From Cenarchaeum sp. (GTDB lineage Archaea; Thermoproteota; Nitrososphaeria; Nitrososphaerales; Nitrosopumilaceae), in contig CBDESU010000001.1 of NCBI GenBank assembly GCA_965242695.1, positions 1,440,001 to 1,504,000 of the forward strand: 64,000 nt of DNA. The letters are read 5' to 3'. Positions 20,239 through 30,190 of the stretch are shown here, piece by piece. Numbering within the stretch: position 1 is the stretch's first letter; every line of letters starts with the position of its first letter. The notes beneath the pieces were generated by a model. The model was not told the DNA's origin and made no database searches. It saw only the letters and a program-made list of their open reading frames with translations. A program made the position numbers and the translations under genes.

Positions 20239-21299
20239 AGCAGGGAGGCGGCGGAGCCATGGCGGCCGCGTGTGCGGCGCCCCTCTTGCGTGCGAGGTGC
20301 ACGGCAAGCAACAACAGGACGGACAGGGCAGGCAGGGACAAAGCAAAAAAATAAGTAAAAGGACGAAGTTAACCGACATTCGAATGAAGGCGTCCACTGG
20401 GAAAGCGGCGCCTTCGAGATGGCTCGCCACTGCGCGCATATAGGCACATCTCGCGGACGGGGCAGATCCTAGGCGCGGCCACCCGCCCCGCCCCCCGCCC
20501 CGCCCCGCACAGCCCCCCCCCCCACGCGGCGCAGCGGGGCGGGATGTCGGAGGGTTGCAAGCCGCGGCGCGGCCGCTCCGGCGGGGCCTCGTCATACCCG
20601 CCTCACATCGTCGCATCCGATGGCGGCATCGCCGACGGGGCGCCTGCACCGCGGCGCCGTCGGCTTCCCGCTGCGCACCGGGCTCGCGCCCCGGCCGGCT
20701 GACGCGCCGCGTAGGCCGAGCGCGCACGGCATGCGGGCTAGGCCAGGCCACCGCCCTTATAGCACGCCCCAGCGGCCTTGGCTGCGTGGAGTGTGTCGGG
20801 ATCGAGGAGTTTGACGGGCCAACGCGCGAGCAGGCGGACGGACTCGCAGGCCAGCCCAATGGGCGCCCGCTACGCGAATGCCCGTCCCCGGACGAGCCTA
20901 GAAAGGCGGCAGGGCCAAGCCATGGCGAGTGCGAACACTGCAGTCTCGGCAGGCTGTACCCCTCGCCCATGGCCTGGCCCCGCGGCGCGCCACGGGGCGG
21001 GGCTGCAGGGCGCACCGGCCTGCCCGCCGGCAGGCGGCAGGCGCATGCGGGCGCAGCCGAGGAGATGGGCGGTATGATAGCCCCTGGCAGGATGCAGGGA
21101 CGTCTGATGCCCTGCACGTCCAGGACGCGCAGTCACCCCCGCATGCGCGACATCTGCACACCCGCCGAGTTTGGGCAGGCCGCCGGAGAAACAGCACGGT
21201 GCACCCTGCGGACTACCCGGCCGACCGGGGCGCCTCGAACGATCCCGCCCGGGGCGCCGACAGGCAGATCAGGGCACAGGCGGGTGCGAAGAGTCCGGG

Positions 21300-21992
21300 A
21301 TGCCGGCAGATGGCATTGCCGGCGGCGCGGGCTGCCCGACCGCCCATATCTTCGAAATTCGGGAAAAAATTGTGGGAGTGGATCGCCCGTGCGTGGCCGC
21401 CATGCCGCTCCCCGCCCCGATGCTGGACGCGGCCCGGACGGTTCAGATCGCGCTGTGCCGCCTCTGCATTCGTACGGGAGGAAAGCGCCGCCGCCGATCT
21501 CGGTCTCGGGCCAGAGCCGGCCCCGCCCTGCGGAGGTGTTCCCGCCGCCGGATTTGTGCATGGACGAGAGGGCGGCGGACGCTGGAGGCAGGACCCTTGC
21601 ATAGCCTGGCGCCTCCGCCCCGGAAGGCCGCGGCAGGCGGCCCCGAGGGCGGGCTGTCCATCGATCCCGCTCTGGCGGCAAAGGCGCGCGCTGACAGCGC
21701 GTACGGCGGGTTCGTCGATGCGATAGCGTCGGCCTGCGCGTCGCCAGAGGCCGAGTCCCTGGAAATGGCAAGCTGTCGCCTTTTCGAAAAGAGGGACATC
21801 GAGCGCTACTCTTGGCTAAAGATGATACTGCACGTGGATTTTGTGGGCGGCGACTTTGGCAACAAGAGGGGGCGCCGAATAGCCCTGAGGCGGATCCTGG
21901 ACGAGCGCATCAGCGCGGCCGAGCGCGAGTCGGACGACCCAGAGCGCACCGGCGAGATAGACGGGCGGTTCTTCATAACGGTGAAGTGGTAG
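21300..21992 (+). CDS. Hypothetical protein (start uncertain)
   Basis: The C-terminal ~110 aa have protein-like composition; the N-terminal part may be frameshifted. Confidence 0.35.
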   Translation: MPADGIAGGAGCPTAHIFEIREKIVGVDRPCVAAMPLPAPMLDAARTVQIALCRLCIRTGGKRRRRSRSRARAGPALRRCSRRRICAWTRGRRTLEAGPLHSLAPPPRKAAAGGPEGGLSIDPALAAKARADSAYGGFVDAIASACASPEAESLEMASCRLFEKRDIERYSWLKMILHVDFVGGDFGNKRGRRIALRRILDERISAAERESDDPERTGEIDGRFFITVKW

Positions 21993-23539
21993 CAGGTAGT
22001 CCAGGCCCGAAGACTCCCCGACCTCGCGGCAAGCATTCGCGGCGGGCAGGGCACCCAGGGCCGCGCCGGCGCGCGGGCCGCGCCCGGACGCCGCTGCCAC
22101 GCTGTGCAGCCGGCGGCAAGATCCCCGCAGGGGCGCTTCGGCGGAACGCCACACGGGAACGGCTACGTTTGCGGGTGCGCCGCGCGCCCTGTCAGCAGGG
22201 CAGGACGCCGCGGCCGGCCGCCGCGGTGCGGCCAGCCCGCGCCCTCGTACCCGCACCCGGAACGGGAGATCTTGCAGGCGCCGCCTGCCGGGTCGAGCCG
22301 GTAGGCGCGGCTGTCCAGGCCGGCGCGGCCGCCCGCCCAGTGTGTTCTGCCATTGGCTCCAGCGGCCCCGCCCCCTGCAGGCAGTGCCAGCCGCGATCGG
22401 CCTGGACGCACGGCTTGCACGGGGCGGGTGGGCGCCGGTTCCCTGACTCGCACCTCCAGGCGGCACCGCCTGGCATCGCAAGCGACCGGCTTGTCGCCCT
22501 TGTCGATCGCCGAGGCTCCAGGCCCCGCACCGCCTCTGTTTCCGCGGGGCGTCGGGACGAGAACGCGGGCGGGATGATCGTCTTTGCCGTATGTGCATGA
22601 ACGGCATCAGTGCGGCCCACGGGGGGCGTTGCGGCAAGGGCGGCGCTCGAGTGCCCCGGCCCTCCGTGCGCCGATCTATGACCGTCGGCGCGGTCGAGAC
22701 TGCGCGCGGCGCAAGGCGGCGCAACGCGGCAGAGGTTGCGGCGCATGGGCGCCACGGCCACGCGTGCGGGGCGGACAGCCTGATGCGGGTTGCAGCAGTA
22801 TGCCCCCTCTGCAGGCGATCAGTTCGCAGCACCAGGCCGTCAAAACACAGGGGTTATATTGGGCGGCTAGGCGCCCGCCCCCGTGGGGGTGTCGCCTCTC
22901 CAGGCGGCATCACCGAGCGTCTTAAGTAACTAATTTGTTGCTTTTTTTGTCTTCTAGGCTCCAAGCCGTGCCCGCCCCTGCGCCCGCAGGGTGCGGGATA
23001 TCCGCGCCAGCCGCAGCCCGGACGTGTCCCATGTGGGCAAGGTGTCGTTGACGGGGACGGAACAGGCCCTCGCCAAGCTTGAAGATCGTCGGCGATTCCG
23101 ACGATCCCGGCTCCCTGCAAGCGGCAGCGCGCGAGTCGGGCCGCCCCATGGCCGCGTGGAGGTGAACCTGGCGTAGCAGGGCTTCGCCCGGCGATCCCGC
23201 CGCGGCCCCCTCCTTTCTCCATCCCCGCCGGCGCCGCGGCCCCCCCCCCCTCGCCGCTACTGCTTGGAGGCGTGCGATCGGCCGGCATCGGGCCCGACCG
23301 CCCCGGCCGCAGCTTCCGCGCATGCCGGCAGGTTTCCCCTTCCATCCTGCATCCGCAAGCCTGCGGCGGCATGCGAGCGCGGCAGGCGGAATGCCTCGCC
23401 CGCCGCGTCCCGGCGGGCGCAGGCGTCCGCAGGGAGCGCAGGCCATGCGCGCCCCTTCCCCGCCAAGCCGCAGCGCACGCCATGCGCCTTTTCGCCGCCC
23501 GGCGCCTCGCCGGGCCCGCCCCATTCCAGCCGCCTCCCC

Positions 23540-23785
23540 TCATCCTTTGGGGTCGTCCCCCAGGATCAGCGGCATGACTGCGGTGTAGCACTGCACCTTG
23601 TCGCACACTAGCGACGGCACCCCGGCGGTGAATTTTATGCACCCGGCATTGTCCAGCACGACCGTGTCGCCGCACACGGCGCACTTCATCTCGCCGTTCC
23701 TAAAGGCCTCGGCCTTTCCGAGCCTGCCAAGGGCGGCCTCCAGGTCCGCGACATGTATCGCCTTGATCTCCTTGAGGACTGGCAC
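23540..23785 (-). CDS. Small Cys-rich (CxxC...CxxxxC) hypothetical protein
   Basis: KAIHVADLEAALGRLG...CAVCG...VCDKVQC; TTATA box at ~23811-23815. Confidence 0.7.
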   Translation of the reverse strand: MPVLKEIKAIHVADLEAALGRLGKAEAFRNGEMKCAVCGDTVVLDNAGCIKFTAGVPSLVCDKVQCYTAVMPLILGDDPKG

Positions 23786-24133
23786 CGGGCTGGATCGCCT
23801 AGCGGGGCGCTATAACGCTTCCCGTGCCGGTACGGCCGCGCGCCGTGGGAGTGGGACTGCGGGACGCGCGCCCCTTCCCCAAGGCCCAGAACAGGCGGGT
23901 GCATCGTGGTATCCGCCGCCCCGCGCTGCCGGCCTCGCATTTCCGGGACCCGCCGGCCGGCCCGATGCCGCCGCTAGCCCCTAGGAAGCCTCTTGACATG
24001 CCACCTGCCGAGCCGCTTGACGGCGACATGGTGCGGAATACGGTTCTCGACGATCATCCCCGCCGCGGCCCCGACCGCCGCGCCGACCAGCGTTCCGGCG
24101 AGCACCGCGAACGCGCCGCGCCTGCCGACGCTC

Positions 24134-25264
24134 CTAGCCCCGGCGCCGCCGGCCGCGCGCGGCGCGCCGCCGGCCGCCCTGCCGATCCCCCTCGCCGCGC
24201 CGCTCCACGTCGAACCCGCCGGCCTCCAAGAAGCCGAGTATGTGCCGCACGGACAGGACGTCGTCGCGGTTGTACTCTAGGACGGACGGATCGATCGGGG
24301 TGCCGTCTGCGACGTGCCTCTCGAACGCGAGCGCCGCGTCCAGGCCGTCCATGCCAGAGTGTGCAAAGCCGTAACCGAGCACGGACCCGAGCGTCTTGAG
24401 AGCGTACGACTGGCACGGGACGGCGAATGCGCGCCGGACGAGCGAGCATGCGTCGATGTGCCGCATCGATGCAAACGCGCCCGGCTCGATGCCGTTGCGC
24501 GCCATTGCCGCCGCAGTCACCCTCTTGTCAAAGCCCGTCCCAGAGTATGCGACTAGCGCCGAGCACCCGTCGGACTGGATCGACCCGAGGTGGTCGACAA
24601 ACTCGGAGAGCAGGCGCCGCGCGCCGCGCTCCCGGCGGCTGCGAAACGCAGACCAGCCGGCTCCCCCGCCTCCCCCGCCGGCGCCCATGTCGACCATGAA
24701 CTGCTCTATCCTGCCGCGGTGCAGCACGCCGATCAGCCAGACCGCCGTCGATGCCGTGTCCGTCTCGATGTCGAATATGGCCATCTCCTCGTCCGGCGGC
24801 AGGACCATGTGGGACCGCTGTATGACGCGGTTCTCGGCGGCGGCGCGCGCCTTTGTCCGGGTGCGCTCGATGAACGACGCGGGCAGGCCCGACAGGGAGG
24901 CGGCGGCCCGCACGTCGGGCACGCGGGCCATGTCGTCGACCGTGCGGATGTCGGCCCTGTGCAGTCCGTACTCGCGCGAGTAGCCGACCCCGTGCAGCCA
25001 CGTGACGGGCCACGAGCCGAGCGAGCCCGGGTCGCCGAGGGGCCTGACAGGGAACGGATGGCTGCCGTCCGGCGGCGCCCGGGTCGTCCGGCGGACGATG
25101 CGCGCAGGCGGGCCGTCGTCATCCTTGGAGCGGCCGGCCGCGCCGCCTTTCGCTGCCGATGGCTGGTCGGGCGCGTCAGCGACGGGGGTTCCGAGGATGC
25201 TAAGGTGGCTGTAGGATGCGGGGGGCACATAGGGCGCCACGCCGCGCCGCCTCGGTGCGGGCAA
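24134..25264 (-). CDS. RNase_H_2 (YprB/TM0106-like) DEDD exonuclease with HhH-like N-terminal part
   Basis: IFDIETD, YSGTGFD, ID..SLVRR, SYALKTLG, YNRDDV motifs; start uncertain. Confidence 0.8.
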   Translation of the reverse strand: MPAPRRRGVAPYVPPASYSHLSILGTPVADAPDQPSAAKGGAAGRSKDDDGPPARIVRRTTRAPPDGSHPFPVRPLGDPGSLGSWPVTWLHGVGYSREYGLHRADIRTVDDMARVPDVRAAASLSGLPASFIERTRTKARAAAENRVIQRSHMVLPPDEEMAIFDIETDTASTAVWLIGVLHRGRIEQFMVDMGAGGGGGGAGWSAFRSRRERGARRLLSEFVDHLGSIQSDGCSALVAYSGTGFDKRVTAAAMARNGIEPGAFASMRHIDACSLVRRAFAVPCQSYALKTLGSVLGYGFAHSGMDGLDAALAFERHVADGTPIDPSVLEYNRDDVLSVRHILGFLEAGGFDVERRGEGDRQGGRRRAARGRRRRG

Positions 25265-25289
25265 TTAACCCGTTGCGGCGGCTGCAGGG

Positions 25290-25395
25290 CGGACGGCAGT
25301 GGCGGCAGGGCCACAAGGGGTAAACAGGATGGCGGCGCTGGCCGCGGGATCTGGCCGAGTCGGGCGGCAGTGGCGGCAGGGCCACAATGGGCAAA
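25290..25395. repeat. 35-bp direct repeat (3 mismatches) / 36-bp insert / repeat (period 71)
   Basis: CGGACGGCAGTGGCGGCAGGGCCACAAGGGGTAAA (25290-25324) vs CGGGCGGCAGTGGCGGCAGGGCCACAATGGGCAAA (25361-25395). Confidence 0.85.
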
Positions 25396-25663
25396 GGCGG
25401 CGCGCAGATGACGGGCGGCAGGGCGTGTTCGAGGCGACGGGGCGGAGAAGAGGGCGCACATGTGCCTCAAGCCTGCCAGTAGACGAGCAGTCAGGCGTGG
25501 CACGAAGGCGTGGGCCGCAGGCGTGGACATACGCCTCGATCATACGTTGCGATCGCAGGCAGTGAAACCTAGGCACTTGTAACTATACGATCACATCTGA
25601 TCTTATAATCAGGCGTCAAATTCAGTGATTAACATATATAATCACCGTGTCCGATCGGAAAGC

Positions 25664-27625
25664 GTGAGTAAGACCACCACGGTGGATATAACGCCCGACA
25701 AGAGCCTCATGCAAAAGATAGGCGCGGTCGGCTACAGGACGGAGCAGGCCATCTCCGAGTTCATCGACAACGCCATCGATGCGCGCCTGCCAGGCGAGGC
25801 CGAGCGGGTCAACGTGTCGCTGGACTTTGTAAACCGTACTATTACCATCTCCGACGACGGAAGGGGCATGACGCTCGAAGAGCTGCAACGGGGCCTCACC
25901 ATAGCAAAGGGCAAGGGCGGCCCTGCGCTGGCTGCCGCAGGCCTGGGAACGTTCGGCATCGGCCTCAAGAGCGCCTGCGCCGCCCTAGGCAAGTCGTTTA
26001 CGATAGTGACCTCGACCGAGGGATCGAAGGCAGAGTACGTCGTCGAGTACGACGAGGACAGATGGCTGCGCGACGGAGATCTCGGCTGGGGCAACTTCGA
26101 GGTGTCGACGAGGCCCCGCACCAGTGCCCACCGCGGCACGGCCGTCTCGATCTCGCGCCTAAAGGTGCCGCTGTACCCGAACCAGACGACCACCTTCAAA
26201 AAGAGCTTTGGTGTGAGGTACGGCGCATACCTGAGTTCCGGCCAAGTACGGTTGTACGTGAATTCTAGGCCCTGCAAAGCGGCCGAACCCGACATCAAGG
26301 ACGGGAGCCGCAGGGACCTGAAGATTCCGCTGAGTAACAGGAAATCCATGCGCGGGTGGATTGGACTCCTCGAAAAGAGGTCGATCAAGGGCGACTATGG
26401 AATGCACCTGTACAAGGACGGTCGCCTGATAAGGGCGTTCGACAAGTTCGGGATGCGCAGACATCCCGAGGTGGCCAAGGTGATTGGCGAGTTGCATATG
26501 GATCACGTACCGGTCAACTTTCACAAGTCCGGGTTCCTGACGGAGTCGTCCGAGTATGCAGAGTGCGTCGATGCGTTCAGAATGCATCCAGAGGTGGGGC
26601 ACATCATGCGGAGTGCCTCGTCGAGAGCGGAGTCGCAACAGCCAGACTCCCTAGTGCAGTCCATCCTAGACCATACCAGTGGGGGTGCCGCAGGGATTCC
26701 ACTGGGACGCGTTGGACGGGACCGGGCAGGGCGCATCATGAAAGAGTTCACTGGGCCGTACATGACAACTGGCGCAGCAGGTGCATTTGAGGTCGTATTC
26801 AGGGACGGCGCCGACGACGACCTATATGAGATAAACATGCCAGAGTCAAGAGTCGGATCGCCGTATAGGATAGCCATCAACAGGAAGAGCCCCGTGTTCA
26901 GGACGGCCAGCAACCCGCTGTTCCTAGTCGGCATGATCAGGGCAGAGGCCGAAATGCTCGCATCTGCTGGCGACGGCGCCGGCGACATGGCAAATATGGT
27001 AAAGAGGCGCAATGTGCTCTGGTGCAAGTTTGCCAAGGACTGGTCGGCTCCGGCCACGCCGCGCCGCAAGACGGACTTTGTCACACGGAAACGACAGCAA
27101 CCACGACTTCCAGGCTACGGACTGGTCAGCGAGCTTGTCGAGATGCACGACCTAGTCTACGAGAAGTTTGCCGATCCATTCCAATTCACTGCGCTCAGCA
27201 CGCTAGCGAGGTTCCTGCACAACGAGTATACAATAGTGCCGTACCACATAGTCACGGAGAAGGGCATGGGCGAGCGCCTGTGCGATCTTGTAAAAAAGTA
27301 TTGGGGCGGCGAAGTCGTAGCACTACTGAACCCCGGCGAGGTCGAGGCGCGCACCGCAATGGATATCTCGGACAAAGGCAGACTCATCGTGGTCAGGGAA
27401 TACGCAGGACCGGCATCCGGAACATGGGCCAGCCCTGCAAAGGCATGGCTGGACCTAGCGTCGGAGTGCAAGAAGGCATGGATGTCAGGGTACAGAGACG
27501 AGCTTGCAGGGATACTTGGGCGGTTGCTCGAGGACAACCTAGTCGAGGTGTCCGCGATCAGATCCGCCGCCAAGAACAGAAGAATGGCAGGCATAGTAGA
27601 CGACTGCATAGGTGGGACATATTGA
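25664..27625 (+). CDS. GHKL (HATPase_c_3/MORC-like) ATPase with a C-terminal AbiEi-antitoxin-like domain
   Basis: EFIDNAIDA, DDGRGM, GTFGIGLKSA, GTAV motifs; C-terminal FTALSTL...ASPAKAWLDL; TATATAA at ~25635. Confidence 0.75.
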   Translation: MSKTTTVDITPDKSLMQKIGAVGYRTEQAISEFIDNAIDARLPGEAERVNVSLDFVNRTITISDDGRGMTLEELQRGLTIAKGKGGPALAAAGLGTFGIGLKSACAALGKSFTIVTSTEGSKAEYVVEYDEDRWLRDGDLGWGNFEVSTRPRTSAHRGTAVSISRLKVPLYPNQTTTFKKSFGVRYGAYLSSGQVRLYVNSRPCKAAEPDIKDGSRRDLKIPLSNRKSMRGWIGLLEKRSIKGDYGMHLYKDGRLIRAFDKFGMRRHPEVAKVIGELHMDHVPVNFHKSGFLTESSEYAECVDAFRMHPEVGHIMRSASSRAESQQPDSLVQSILDHTSGGAAGIPLGRVGRDRAGRIMKEFTGPYMTTGAAGAFEVVFRDGADDDLYEINMPESRVGSPYRIAINRKSPVFRTASNPLFLVGMIRAEAEMLASAGDGAGDMANMVKRRNVLWCKFAKDWSAPATPRRKTDFVTRKRQQPRLPGYGLVSELVEMHDLVYEKFADPFQFTALSTLARFLHNEYTIVPYHIVTEKGMGERLCDLVKKYWGGEVVALLNPGEVEARTAMDISDKGRLIVVREYAGPASGTWASPAKAWLDLASECKKAWMSGYRDELAGILGRLLEDNLVEVSAIRSAAKNRRMAGIVDDCIGGTY

Positions 27626-28754
27626 AGTCCAACCTACTCGAAGGAATAGAGAGGGCGACGATCATGCAGATCGCCGAACGCACGGTTTTCGCGATCCGCA
27701 TGTCATAGAACAACTATTCGTCGATTTTGCCGCCCACGAGCATGTGTCAGCGCGCCTTCCCTGCACCGTCTTCGGCGGCATGTGCATGCACCTGCATGCA
27801 GAGGGAACGGCACAGAGGCTCAGTCGCGATGTAGACATCATGACAACGGCGTCCGTAGACGACGTCAGCAGGGCTGTGCAAGACGAATTTGATCCGATAC
27901 CAGACTGCCAGATAAGTTCGGTCTCTCCTCGACACCCCCACCCGGTGAAAAATCTCCAATCACACCACATCCATTACGAATCGTGTCTAGGAGGGGAAGG
28001 AGAGGTGAAGATGGATTTTTTGTGCGAGTTCGCGAACAGCTTGCCTACTGAAGTGGTATACGTGCCACATGTGCTCGGAACCGAGCGGCCTTTCAAGGCG
28101 CAAGTGCTGACAAAGGGCGCCTTGCTTGTAGACAAGTCCACCACGCTCGCGCTAGGCGGGATAGGGCTTCCCGAGTGACGCCTCCGCGAAGCGCCAAAAC
28201 AGGTGTACGACATAGCAACGCTGATCCGTATGGTGGATGAAAACGAGCTAGGCTCCGCCCTAGGCATGCTAGACAATGCAATTACATCACGGATCAGCAT
28301 ACACAAACTCACCGAAAACATTACCGTGCCGAGCACTATTGCATCCATCCAAAGATCTTTAGAAAGCTTCCTCGATTTCAAATCCGCCGCCATCATGTCA
28401 AAGCAGTACAAACAAAATCTTGGGAATTTTAGGAGCAAGTATCTACGCAACGGCGGGGATCAATATCAGAAGCACGAAAGAATAGACGACCTTTTCACCG
28501 CGATGTTGTTTAGCGTAAGTGCAGGCAATGTAGTAAGCGGCGCCATGTCTGCCAACGAAGCCGCAAAAGAAGTGTCAAGTCGCATGGCAGAGGCACGTAA
28601 CCCTCCGCAAGACGCAAGTCCAAGTTCGGTGAACGCCATGAGGCATAGCTTACGGAGCATCTTGTCGCACAAGGACGTGAGCAAGGGGTTTCTTTCTAGC
28701 CTATCACAGAGTCAGCTAGCTATGCTAGAAGCCGCATATACAGCCACGTCATAG
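27622..28754 (+). pseudogene. AbiEii/DUF1814-like nucleotidyltransferase toxin, disrupted
   Basis: FGGMCM..RLSRDVD, DK..TL and KQVYDI motifs. TTG overlaps the upstream stop; frameshift at ~27685 and in-frame TGA at 28176-28178. Confidence 0.75.
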
Positions 28755-28828
28755 CAAGTCATGATGGTTAAGCTAACATCCTAATCGCCGGTGAATCCGC
28801 ATGGGGCAGTTCAACGTCCATGCGCCGC

Positions 28829-29350
28829 TCAGCGGCGCAGCGAGCCGTCGACGTCCCTGCCGAGCTCGCGCATGACCCTGGCAAAGTCGGACGCATTCTC
28901 GCCCGTGTGCCGGAGCGAGCCGGACTGTATGTCGTACAGCCGCTCCACCTTGCAGAGGCCGTCGCGTATGGAGGCTGCAAGGCGCTTGCCCCGGCCGCCG
29001 AACCCCGCGGCCAGCTCGCTCGCCTCGGCGTAGCAGTTGCGTATCTCGTGCAGGACTGCGAGCGTCTCGACGTCGGTCGGGCGCGGCAGGGTCGCGACCA
29101 GGAACGTGATGCGGGCCGTCATGTGCTCTAGGCGCCGCAGGCGGATCTCGTCCCTGCGCGAGCGCACTGCCAGGACGACGGCCGCAATCCCGATCGCCCC
29201 GATTGCGGCCGCTGCGACGGGCCACGTGCCGGGATCGGATGCGGCGATCAGTGCAGTCGACAGGACCATGATCAGGCAGCCCGCAACGAACAGCACGCCC
29301 CACCGCGGCGCGCGCCGGCGGCGCGGCCTTGGCCCATCGTCGCCGTTCAC
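28829..29350 (-). CDS. Hypothetical membrane protein (2 TM helices + helical tail)
   Basis: WGVLFVAGCLIMVLSTALIAA and WPVAAAAIGAIGIAAVVLAV segments. Confidence 0.6.
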   Translation of the reverse strand: MNGDDGPRPRRRRAPRWGVLFVAGCLIMVLSTALIAASDPGTWPVAAAAIGAIGIAAVVLAVRSRRDEIRLRRLEHMTARITFLVATLPRPTDVETLAVLHEIRNCYAEASELAAGFGGRGKRLAASIRDGLCKVERLYDIQSGSLRHTGENASDFARVMRELGRDVDGSLRR

Positions 29351-29522
29351 GGGACTGCACCGGCATGCGGCCGCTAAAAACGGTTGCACGGCCCTGCCCG
29401 TCCGCCCCCGCGAGGGGTCGTTTTGCATCCGTCCCCTGCCGCGGCGCGGACGGAGGCGCATCGGAGGGCAGGGATGGATGTATGATCCCGCATCTGGTGC
29501 GATCGAAGCGAGCGCCGGCGAT

Positions 29523-29632
29523 CGCGGCGCATGGGAAAGGGAGCCATGGCCTCTGCCAGTGCGCCTGTCGTCGGCGATTGCGACGAAGTGATCGCGCGGC
29601 GCATGGGAAAGGGAGCCATGGCCTCTGCCAGT
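29523..29632. repeat. 38-bp direct repeat / 34-bp insert / repeat (period 72)
   Basis: CGCGGCGCATGGGAAAGGGAGCCATGGCCTCTGCCAGT at 29523-29560 and 29595-29632. Confidence 0.95.
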
Positions 29633-30044
29633 CTGAGCGCCCTCGAAGCGTGGACCGGGCCTGCAGCGGGCGCCGCGGTGCGGACATGGCCCCCGTGCAT
29701 GCGGCGCCGGGAGGCGAGGCGGACCGCCGGCGGATCCGCCCCCCGGCGCCACGGTTTGATCAGCCGCCGGGCAGGTCGATTGAATATCCCCCGATCTCGC
29801 CCGCGCCCCATCCCGCCGCCTGTCGCAGGCGGCAGGCGGATCCCCGCACCGCCCCGGTTCGGAGAGGCCAATCCCTGTCGCGCGTGCGCCGGCGTTTGGC
29901 ACGGCGGCCCTGCCGCCTCGTACCCGTCGCTCTGCCGCCGCGGCGGCCTCGCCCGCCTAAAGTTGCCCCCTGCGCGACCTCTGCTCATGGTCGTCCCCAT
30001 TGCACGCCAACAAGTCCTGCGCGTCCAGTAGTACTGACATAGAG

Positions 30045-30139
30045 GGCAGCGTAGTGGCCTCAAAGTGCGCATTTGTCGGCAGCGTAGTGGCCTCAAAGTG
30101 CGCATTTGTCGGCAGCGTAGTGGCCTCAAAGTGCGCATT
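30045..30139. repeat. Perfect 33-bp tandem repeat x ~2.9
   Basis: Unit GGCAGCGTAGTGGCCTCAAAGTGCGCATTTGTC, no spacers. Confidence 0.95.
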
Positions 30140-30190
30140 CGGATGCGAGATGTGCAACTATACATAGAACGCATCCCCCAAGCGCACCCG

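Noticed and set aside
17655-23684. Long Arg/Ala/Pro/Gly-rich ORFs (for example 17655-19214, 20555-21604, 21816-22832)
   Set aside because: Composition typical of spurious frames in high-GC DNA; no motifs.
28176-28178. Selenocysteine or stop readthrough at the in-frame TGA
   Set aside because: The gene also has a frameshift, the position is not a recognisable catalytic Cys and no SECIS was seen. A nonsense mutation is simpler.
29452-29488. Possible degenerate third copy of the 29523 repeat, 71 nt upstream
   Set aside because: Only GGCGCAT and scattered matches; not distinguishable from chance in GC-rich DNA by eye.
29523-29632. Conventional CRISPR array
   Set aside because: Only two repeats, no leader or cas genes, and each such locus has a different repeat. 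Reported as an insertion scar instead.
30045-30139. CRISPR-like array
   Set aside because: Units are contiguous with no spacers.
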